Shown piece by piece: positions 57,130-64,000 of a stretch of DNA of 64,000 bases (within the stretch, counting starts at the first letter, position 1; the number at the start of each line of letters is the position of its first letter). Position numbers and translations under genes: made by a program. The notes under the pieces were generated by a model, which saw only the letters and a list, made by a program, of their open reading frames with translations, had not been told where the DNA came from and did not search any database. The stretch is from the NCBI GenBank assembly GCA_964427735.1, contig CAYRUS010000001.1, positions 453,790 to 517,789 on the forward strand. The letters run 5' to 3'. The stretch comes from an uncultured Gammaproteobacteria bacterium (GTDB lineage: Bacteria; Patescibacteriota; Microgenomatia; UBA8517).

Positions 57130-58224
57130 ATGGATACCAATAGAATAAGTAGTTCTGAAAAAAACATCTTCAACAAATATGCAGTTCATCCACTTCAGTC
57201 TTGGGAGTGGGGCGAATTTCGCAAAAAATGGGGGAACGAGATTATTAGACTTGGAAATTACTCAGAAAAAAATCTTCAAGATTCTATTCAAGTAGTATTC
57301 AGTAAAATCCCTAGATCTAAATATAAGATTGGAACAGTTTTAAGAGGATCAAAACCTAACAAGAAAACATTACAAAAACTCAAAGAAATTGCTAAAGAGA
57401 AAAATGCTGTTTTTATTAAACTTGAGCCAAACGCACTCCTAAATATATCACCTGTAATCAAAAATACTGATTTTGATAAAACAAATGTGTTAAAAAAAGT
57501 CCCAAATAATCTAAAAGCTTCTAAAAAAGATTTACAAATTTTAGAAAAAGAAACAATACCAGGAAAAACACTTTTTACTCCTACTTCTTTCTGGATTGAC
57601 CTTAGCAAAGATGAAGATACCTTAATGAAAAACATGCACCCTAAAACCAGATACAACGTTCGTTATGCAGAAAAAAAAGGAGTTGTAATTATTGAAGATA
57701 ATTCAGACAAAGCTTTTGAAAAGTATATAAAATTAACCAGAGAAACAGTCGAAAGACAAGGTTTTTATGCTCATACTGAAAACTATCATAGGTTAATGTG
57801 GCAAACCCTCCATAAAGAGATGGTTGAAAGGAAAGATAAACCTATTGCACGATTACTTACTGCTCGATTCAGAAAAGAAATTCTAACTACCTGGATTGTG
57901 TTTGCCTGGAATGATTTTTTGTATTACCCATATGGAGCATCAAGTAATAGACGTAGAAACCTTCAACACAGCAGTGCAATGATGTGGGGTGCAATTTTAT
58001 ATGGCAAGAAATTGGGTTTAAAATGGTTTGATTTATGGGGGAGAGAAGAGGGACAAGGATTTACTCGATTTAAAGAAGGCTTTAACCCTTATGTTGTGGA
58101 GTTTATGAAAACTTGGGACTTGCCTACTACCAAACTTTATTGGCCATATCGCTTAGCAGAGGAGGGACGCTGGCTTTATTTACGAACAAAAGCAAAAACT
58201 GGTTTGATTAAGCACAGATTTTGA
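57130..58224 (+). CDS. FemAB-family aminoacyl-tRNA-dependent peptidyltransferase (FemX-like)
   Basis: QSWEWGEFRKKWG and KTRYNVRYAEKKGV match the FemABX K-x-RYNIR-x-A-x-K-x-GV motif. C-terminal GFTRFKEGF. Confidence 0.75.
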   Translation: MDTNRISSSEKNIFNKYAVHPLQSWEWGEFRKKWGNEIIRLGNYSEKNLQDSIQVVFSKIPRSKYKIGTVLRGSKPNKKTLQKLKEIAKEKNAVFIKLEPNALLNISPVIKNTDFDKTNVLKKVPNNLKASKKDLQILEKETIPGKTLFTPTSFWIDLSKDEDTLMKNMHPKTRYNVRYAEKKGVVIIEDNSDKAFEKYIKLTRETVERQGFYAHTENYHRLMWQTLHKEMVERKDKPIARLLTARFRKEILTTWIVFAWNDFLYYPYGASSNRRRNLQHSSAMMWGAILYGKKLGLKWFDLWGREEGQGFTRFKEGFNPYVVEFMKTWDLPTTKLYWPYRLAEEGRWLYLRTKAKTGLIKHRF

Positions 58225-58228
58225 AATT

Positions 58229-58948
58229 TTATATTTTGGAGTCAATCCATTTCATAAATTCTTTTATGTAATCCCTTTTAATTTTAACTTCTTTTTTAGT
58301 TCTTGCTGGATACATTCTGTAGACGTCATAATATGAAGTAAAATCAATAATAACCGGAAGCTTAGTTTTTTGCTCAATAATTACATTTCTGAAATTAAAC
58401 CCGTCATCAAGCTTTTTAATATCAAAATCAGGCAGCCATTCGAGTTCTTCTATCATAGAAAGTGAAGAGGCCAAGAAGTTGTATATGTTTTTTAAAACCT
58501 TATTATCTCTTAGCGAAGCCGCAATCTTGAAACTGTCATCACCTTCAACAAAAGTTTGATACATAAAATTAGTATTATCCTTCCTTTTAAATTCTGTTTT
58601 AGCAACAAAACTTTCAGGAAAGTAGTTTAAAAGTTTATTATAAGCAGTCTCAGTATTTTCAAGATACTTTAAATCGTTTACTTCAGGGAAAATTCCTGCA
58701 GCTATTTTTATAACTTTATCTTCTTTAAGAAATACAGACCATTCCCAACCCGCACCTATATTTTTATAATCTTTATATTTTCTCAAAGCATTACTCGATT
58801 CAGCTTTGTTATAAATAAAATTCCAAAGGCTTGTCTCAATTCTTTCTAATTCTTTTTCTGATTTATCTAAAAAATCTTTTAGTCTATAGTCATCCTTATC
58901 AGAAGTTCCCCAAGATTTTGGATAGTTACTGTCAGTAAAATTAATCAC
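58229..58948 (-). CDS. Hypothetical protein with a faint protein-kinase-like signature
   Basis: DDGFNFRNVII (D..N catalytic-loop-like) followed by PVIIDFTSY (DFG-like). 239 aa. Very tentative. Confidence 0.35.
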   Translation of the reverse strand: MINFTDSNYPKSWGTSDKDDYRLKDFLDKSEKELERIETSLWNFIYNKAESSNALRKYKDYKNIGAGWEWSVFLKEDKVIKIAAGIFPEVNDLKYLENTETAYNKLLNYFPESFVAKTEFKRKDNTNFMYQTFVEGDDSFKIAASLRDNKVLKNIYNFLASSLSMIEELEWLPDFDIKKLDDGFNFRNVIIEQKTKLPVIIDFTSYYDVYRMYPARTKKEVKIKRDYIKEFMKWIDSKI

Positions 58949-59049
58949 AATTTCTTATAAAAGATAACATATATAAACCAAAACACGAAAGTTTATAGCA
59001 AAAACAATAACTATACACATCAATTTTAGTTAATTGTTATAATAAGTTT

Positions 59050-59787
59050 ATGGGAAACCACTATAAGATAAGTGTGATGGAGACATATGATGCTTGGTAT
59101 GCAAACAACATACCCAAAATAAGAAACGGAGAATGGAATTTAGTAGATCAAGAGATTCTTCAAAATCCTGAAAACGATCGATTGCGTGGTTTAAATATTA
59201 TTGCATATGTACCAGAAATAATTAATCAAGCAATTAATTCCAAAATTATAGCTTCCTTAGGAGCGGTAATAGGAGACGTTAGATGGATAATTCCAGAACA
59301 GGGAAGACATTTTACAATTTTAGATATTATTCCACACAATAGTGGTATCTCGTTTAAGGAACAAAAAGAACAGTTACCTAATTATTTGAATGTTATAAAA
59401 AATGCAGTTGATGACTTTAGCGGGAAAGTTCAAATTACTCTGGAAGGAGTATTTGCCAGCCCAGATGGTGTAACTATTCAAGGATATCCTTCAAATGACG
59501 GTTTGCACAATTTAAGACAATTACTCAGAAACAATTTAAACAGCGCAAGACTCACGAACCTAGAACACAAAAAGTACGTAATAGAAACAGCTCATGTTGC
59601 ACTAGTTAAATTCATACAACCTGCGGATGGAGAGAAACTCCTGGCAACTGTAGACAAATTAAGACATATTGATATCGGAATTTTTGAAGTAAATGAAATA
59701 GTTTTAAACTTTAGTCCTCGTTACGACAAACATGAAACAATAGAGGTTGTAGAGCGTTTTGCAGTTAAACAATATTCTCCCCTATAG
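59050..59787 (+). CDS. Hypothetical protein, possibly a 2H (LigT-like) phosphoesterase
   Basis: Two H-x-T/A-x motifs about 100 aa apart (RHFTIL and TAHVAL) flanked by hydrophobics, as in the 2H superfamily. The second motif is imperfect. Confidence 0.4.
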   Translation: MGNHYKISVMETYDAWYANNIPKIRNGEWNLVDQEILQNPENDRLRGLNIIAYVPEIINQAINSKIIASLGAVIGDVRWIIPEQGRHFTILDIIPHNSGISFKEQKEQLPNYLNVIKNAVDDFSGKVQITLEGVFASPDGVTIQGYPSNDGLHNLRQLLRNNLNSARLTNLEHKKYVIETAHVALVKFIQPADGEKLLATVDKLRHIDIGIFEVNEIVLNFSPRYDKHETIEVVERFAVKQYSPL

Positions 59788-60640
59788 TAATATGATTGAC
59801 ATTAGGCAAACTAAACCATACGCGGAATACATTAAAAGAAACGGTTGGATAGTGGAAGGAGGGGAGGGGGAGTATATTTTTATCAGGAAGTTTCCCTTAA
59901 TAGGAAGTTTTATAAAAGTTCAACGACCAGAAAAAATAAATAAAGTATTTTTACAAAAAATAGAAAATACTGCTAAAAAATTTCGATCAGTCCAAATTGT
60001 TATTGAACCAAAAAGTAAGAAAGATAAAAAACTGCTTTTAAATTATGGGTACAAGCAAAGTAAGAACCCATACTTGCCAAGCAAAACATTAGAACTAGAC
60101 TTAACTATATCAAACCAAAAACTTTTCTCCGCACTTCATAAAAACGCTAAGCACTCTCTTCATATTACTGAAAATTTAATTCTTTCACGAAATCCCGATG
60201 TGAAAAGCTTTCAACAGGCATGGAAAAACTCTATCGGATACAGACGTTATGTGCCTAGTAAGCACAAATTAGAATATATTATGGGGTGTTTTGCCTCCTC
60301 TGCACTCTTCTTGGCGTCGCACAATAATAATTTGATTTCAAAAAATACAGTTACAGCAGGTGCAATTTTTCTAATTGCAGACAAAAAAGCATATTATTGG
60401 CAGGCCTTTGCAAACAAAGAAGGTCGTGGTCAGCTAGCCCCCTATCGCCTTCTCTGGGAAGGCATATTGTGGTCGAAAGCAATGGGAGCAAAAGCCTTTG
60501 ATTTTGAAGGTATTTACGACAACCGCTTTCCTAATAAATCGTGGTTGGGTTTTTCCTATTTTAAGGGGAAATTTGGTGGTCATAAGGTTGTTTATCCAGG
60601 AGCATATACAAAAACTACACTCACTAATATGCTAAGATAG
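59759..60640 (+). CDS. FemAB-like (Acetyltransf_6 / BioF2-like) transferase
   Basis: C-terminal LGFSYFKGKFGG matches the FemAB-family GxxxFKxxFG motif. GNAT-like fold pattern; 293 aa. Confidence 0.55.
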   Translation: MQLNNILPYSNMIDIRQTKPYAEYIKRNGWIVEGGEGEYIFIRKFPLIGSFIKVQRPEKINKVFLQKIENTAKKFRSVQIVIEPKSKKDKKLLLNYGYKQSKNPYLPSKTLELDLTISNQKLFSALHKNAKHSLHITENLILSRNPDVKSFQQAWKNSIGYRRYVPSKHKLEYIMGCFASSALFLASHNNNLISKNTVTAGAIFLIADKKAYYWQAFANKEGRGQLAPYRLLWEGILWSKAMGAKAFDFEGIYDNRFPNKSWLGFSYFKGKFGGHKVVYPGAYTKTTLTNMLR

Positions 60641-60644
60641 CTTC

Positions 60645-61079
60645 ATGGTCTTAAAAATTTTTATAATTGTATTCGCTGCTATGATCGCAACTTCATTTTG
60701 GGAAGCCTATGTAGAAGGAAGAAATGCTTGGGATAAGGGTAAATATGGGTGGAAAATAAATTTCGCTAAAAATTTTAAATTAACTGGCTATCATTTTTTC
60801 TTGTTTGGGGTTACGTTTCCGCTGCTACTGCTTTTGCCATTAGTTGTTTCAGGATGGGATACAAAACTGTTTGGTGTCCTTTTTAGCGCTTACACCGCAG
60901 GTCTTGTTATAGAAGACTTATTTTGGTACATAGTAAACCCAGTTGTAAAATTTAAAGAACACAATCCTAATTTTGCAAACTACTACCCATGGTTGAAACT
61001 AGGAAGAATTAACATTCCCCTTTTGTATCTACTAGCTCTTGGTTTGAGTTTAGCTTCCTGGTACTTTCTTTGGAGGTAA
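60645..61079 (+). CDS. Small polytopic membrane protein
   Basis: 144 aa with four TM helices. Confidence 0.45.
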   Translation: MVLKIFIIVFAAMIATSFWEAYVEGRNAWDKGKYGWKINFAKNFKLTGYHFFLFGVTFPLLLLLPLVVSGWDTKLFGVLFSAYTAGLVIEDLFWYIVNPVVKFKEHNPNFANYYPWLKLGRINIPLLYLLALGLSLASWYFLWR

Positions 61080-61119
61080 AAATAGAAATCTAACCTCTTA
61101 CTTATTAAAATAATTAATA

Positions 61120-62124
61120 ATGAAAGATCTCCTAAACAAACACGTTTCACTATTTATCAGAAACTTAGAGGCAATCGATTATCTGGAAAACTTTCTAGTT
61201 TCAGCAGTGGCAGCAATACTAGCAATAAGAGTTTTTTTAACGCTAACCGGCTTTCCTCAAATTGCAGGAGCGGGTCTTCATATCGCACACGTTCTGTGGG
61301 GAGGTGTGTTTATGGCAATAGCTTTGTTTTTTTCATTATTTTTTTTAAACAAAGAAGCAAGACACATCTCTGCCGTACTTGGTGGTGCTGGGTTTGGAAC
61401 TTTCATAGATGAACTTGGGAAATTTATTACTGCTGATAACAACTACTTCTTTCAACCAACAATTGCATTAATATATTTGATCTTTGTCATTTTGTTTTTA
61501 CTTATTAGAACATTGGAAAAAAACATTCAGCCGACTCAAAAAGAATATGCACTTAATGCACTTGAACATGTAAAAGAAGCCGTTTTTAATGACTTAGATA
61601 AAATTGAAAAAGAAAAAGTTGAACTGTATCTAAAAAAGATGGACCCTAAGGACTCAATCACTAAAGCCATAATACAAATACTTGAGTCAGAAAAGCTAAA
61701 AAACAGCGAAGATGTATATATATTGTCTCGTCTAAAAAATTACTTGCGAACTAAATACACACAAACTGTTAGAAGAAAACGATTTGCAAATTACATCATG
61801 TGGTTTTTTGTAATTATAGCTTTTGCAAATTTAGTTAATGCATTTCTGGATACAACTCAGGTACTAAACTTTTGGGACGTTGGACTTGTACTTTCTTCTC
61901 TTTTATCTGTAGTTTATATACTGTGCGGGGTCTATTTCTATTACAAAAGTCATCACTTGAAATCATATCAGTCTTATAAAATGTCTGTTATCGTCTCAAT
62001 TTTATTGGTACAATTTTTTAAGTTTTATCACAACCAATTATCAGCATTAATTGGACTTCTCGTTTACACAACAGTGTTGGCCGCACTTGATTTTTTAATT
62101 TCAGAACTAGAGCCTGCGAAATAA
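61120..62124 (+). CDS. Polytopic membrane protein
   Basis: 334 aa with TM helices at both ends and a central soluble region. Confidence 0.45.
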   Translation: MKDLLNKHVSLFIRNLEAIDYLENFLVSAVAAILAIRVFLTLTGFPQIAGAGLHIAHVLWGGVFMAIALFFSLFFLNKEARHISAVLGGAGFGTFIDELGKFITADNNYFFQPTIALIYLIFVILFLLIRTLEKNIQPTQKEYALNALEHVKEAVFNDLDKIEKEKVELYLKKMDPKDSITKAIIQILESEKLKNSEDVYILSRLKNYLRTKYTQTVRRKRFANYIMWFFVIIAFANLVNAFLDTTQVLNFWDVGLVLSSLLSVVYILCGVYFYYKSHHLKSYQSYKMSVIVSILLVQFFKFYHNQLSALIGLLVYTTVLAALDFLISELEPAK

Positions 62125-63203
62125 GACTCATTTTTGTTAGAAAATCTAAAAAAATCCGGGAAATATTTAGGTTTTTGCAGTATTCCTCTTTCTATTAGAT
62201 TTTTTATTTCCGGTGAAAATTTGCTATTTACCTTCCCTACATAAAGCAAACTCAAATCTCCGCCCTCTCTAATATAATCTTCAATTTCATAGAGACCTTG
62301 TAAGTAAACATGATCCTTTATGAAACCTCCACCACGATGTGCTCTTAATGATAATTGCCAAGCCTGTTCATTATTTAACCTGTAAGATTTTAATCTCTCG
62401 AAAGTCTGTTTAAAATTCTCACCTTTAATAACGCAGTCAACAGCAATAACTCTTCCAGCATAATCTTTTAGGCAATTGTTATTAAGCGTATCTGTTACTT
62501 TTTCTGCATATACTGCAAGACCTTCTTCTGTTACTAAATAATCCTCACTAAATTCTCCCCAAATTCTAGAGTCCTGAGATCTACCATTTTCATATCTATA
62601 AATATGTACTTTAACCTCGTGATTAACAAGCCTTTTAATATCATTTTGGCTGTATTTTCTCTTCTTGTTAATAAAAATTGTTTGAAGAGCGTTATTTACA
62701 AATGCTCCATGTTTGTCATGATATTTTACTTTCCACCCACTTATATTTTTAAGTGATTCCTTGATTTTCTCTACTACTTCATTTGAAGAAAGTGTTTTTT
62801 CTTCGTCTGAATTTTCTAATTCATTTAGCAGATTCTCCGCCTTATAAATTAATTTTTCCGAAGGTCTATGAAACAAAAAAAGACTTAGTTCTCTAACTTC
62901 CCTGCTACCTCTTATCTCAACTATTTTATTTTTAATTTGTAGCTTATGTATTTTTCTTTTATAATGTGAAGTGCTCTCACATTCTGGTATTTTCAAGTTT
63001 TCAAGAAATTTAGATACTTCGTTATAGTCATAATCTGGCTCTGCATAAGAAAATTTAGGAGTTTTTATTTTTCCTTTAAGAAACTCTCTTTTTTGTTCTA
63101 GAGAGTTGGTCGGTTCAATGTAGTGAATTATCTTTAACTTCTTGGAGATTTTCTCAAGGGTTTTATCTATTTCTACTAAGCTTCTTGCGGCAGGATCTTT
63201 CAC
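62064..63203 (-). CDS. DUF1704-family (QEGLA motif; MATCAP-like putative metallopeptidase) protein
   Basis: HEVKVHIYRYENG (HExxxH), TEEGLAVYAE (QEGLA-type motif), and AHRGGGFIKDHVYLQG. Confidence 0.6.
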   Translation of the reverse strand: MKDPAARSLVEIDKTLEKISKKLKIIHYIEPTNSLEQKREFLKGKIKTPKFSYAEPDYDYNEVSKFLENLKIPECESTSHYKRKIHKLQIKNKIVEIRGSREVRELSLFLFHRPSEKLIYKAENLLNELENSDEEKTLSSNEVVEKIKESLKNISGWKVKYHDKHGAFVNNALQTIFINKKRKYSQNDIKRLVNHEVKVHIYRYENGRSQDSRIWGEFSEDYLVTEEGLAVYAEKVTDTLNNNCLKDYAGRVIAVDCVIKGENFKQTFERLKSYRLNNEQAWQLSLRAHRGGGFIKDHVYLQGLYEIEDYIREGGDLSLLYVGKVNSKFSPEIKNLIERGILQKPKYFPDFFRFSNKNESYFAGSSSEIKKSSAANTVV

Positions 63204-63259
63204 AGGCTATATACTAACTTAGGCACAGGTTTTATTCAATACCTAAATTTTCACAGATT

Positions 63260-64000
63260 TTACTTTGATGAAGTATCTAAAAAATTAGGTAAATACTTTG
63301 GTGGCTGTAATATGCCTTCATTTAATAATCTTTCTACCATGTCTAAGTGATGTAAGCCAATTTTACCTACATAAAGTATTTTTGCGTCTCCCCCTTTTTC
63401 TATGTAATCTTTAACTTTAAAATATCCGTCTAAATAAACATAATCCTTTGTAAATCCACCGCCTCTGTATGCCCTTAGAGTCAAATCCCATGCCATTCCA
63501 TTCTCTATGTCAAAATCTTTAAGTCTTGCGAAGGCTTCTCTAAAACTTAGATTATTCAAGACTGAGTCAACCGAAACAACTCTCCCGGCATAACTTCTCA
63601 ACACACCTGGATTACTATTACCTGTAACTTCCTCGTTATATGTTGCTAACCCCTCTTCTGTCATCATGTAACCAGGAAGCCCTTTTGCAAAAAGCTTCCA
63701 AGGTTGAAGAGAACCATTTATACCTCTATAGATATGGGTCTCAACTTCATGGACCAAAAGTCTTGCCGCCTCACTTTTACCAAACATTCTCTCTTTATTC
63801 AAATAAAGAGTACGACGAGGTCGATCAAGAAAAACACCATATTTGGAATGATACTCTACTGTCCATCTGATTTTGTACTGATTAAAATAATCTTCAAAAT
63901 GCTTCTTTATTTCCGAAGCTGGCAATTCTTTACTTTCTTCTTCTACTTTTTCGTCTCTGAGAATCTCTTCTGCTTTAGTTAATAATGCTTTATCTGGTTT
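63260..64000 (-). CDS. Second DUF1704-family paralog; its N-terminus runs off the right edge
   Basis: HEVETHIYRGINGS, TEEGLATYNE and AYRGGGFTKDYVYLDG align with the neighbouring paralog. The reading frame stays open upstream of the annotated Met through position 64000. Confidence 0.6.
   Translation of the reverse strand, partial: KPDKALLTKAEEILRDEKVEEESKELPASEIKKHFEDYFNQYKIRWTVEYHSKYGVFLDRPRRTLYLNKERMFGKSEAARLLVHEVETHIYRGINGSLQPWKLFAKGLPGYMMTEEGLATYNEEVTGNSNPGVLRSYAGRVVSVDSVLNNLSFREAFARLKDFDIENGMAWDLTLRAYRGGGFTKDYVYLDGYFKVKDYIEKGGDAKILYVGKIGLHHLDMVERLLNEGILQPPKYLPNFLDTSSK

Noticed and set aside
1-64000. CRISPR arrays, insertion sequences, integrases
   Set aside because: No regularly spaced direct repeats and no transposase- or integrase-like ORFs are visible. 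The only repeat pair is the dnaJ 3'-end duplication reported above.

Overview
This 64 kb window is densely coding, low-GC, and mostly on the minus strand. It looks like a streamlined bacterium with a Gram-positive-type envelope. Gene sizes and domain losses (IF2 of 464 aa, AlaRS of about 620 aa without a C-Ala domain, a compact RpoB) point to a CPR/Patescibacteria-like lineage; this is inference. No rRNA, tRNA, CRISPR array or obvious transposase/integrase was found by eye.

Housekeeping genes I can support from sequence:
- rpoB (5' part only, cut by the window edge), mltG, ruvX, alaS, ftsK, a RodZ-like gene, RNase J, a family-4 uracil-DNA glycosylase, a phosphoribosyltransferase, tgt, and an amidinotransferase-fold gene.
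- A nusA-infB-(two unknowns)-rpsO-pnp operon, with an RGG-tailed PNPase.
- hrcA-grpE-dnaK...dnaJ, with two CIRCE-like operators.
- murJ, rpsT, and a UvrD/PcrA helicase.

Accessory and envelope content:
- A sortase gene sits directly downstream of a 733-aa membrane protein whose N-terminus looks like a degenerate PilM/FtsA actin fold.
- About 34 kb away, a pilN-pilO-like pair is followed by three secreted or surface proteins. Two of these carry C-terminal LPxAG sorting signals, and the three share an unusual N-terminal anchor motif.
- A block of three GT-C-type membrane glycosyltransferases plus an LCP (LytR-CpsA-Psr) enzyme.
- Two FemAB-family transferases flank a 2H-phosphoesterase-like gene and a small kinase-like gene.
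- Tandem DUF1704 (QEGLA / HExxxH, MATCAP-like) paralogs at the right edge.
- A Lon-like AAA+ ATPase that has lost its N-terminal domain and its protease domain.
- A duplicated dnaJ 3' end flanking a 1.2 kb two-gene insert.

Regulatory DNA includes tandem AAGTTAG heptads upstream of the lon-like and udg genes, palindromes upstream of rpoB and tgt, and extended -10 promoters immediately before start codons.

The most system-like novelty is a PilM/N/O-like membrane scaffold associated at both loci with sortase and its substrates.
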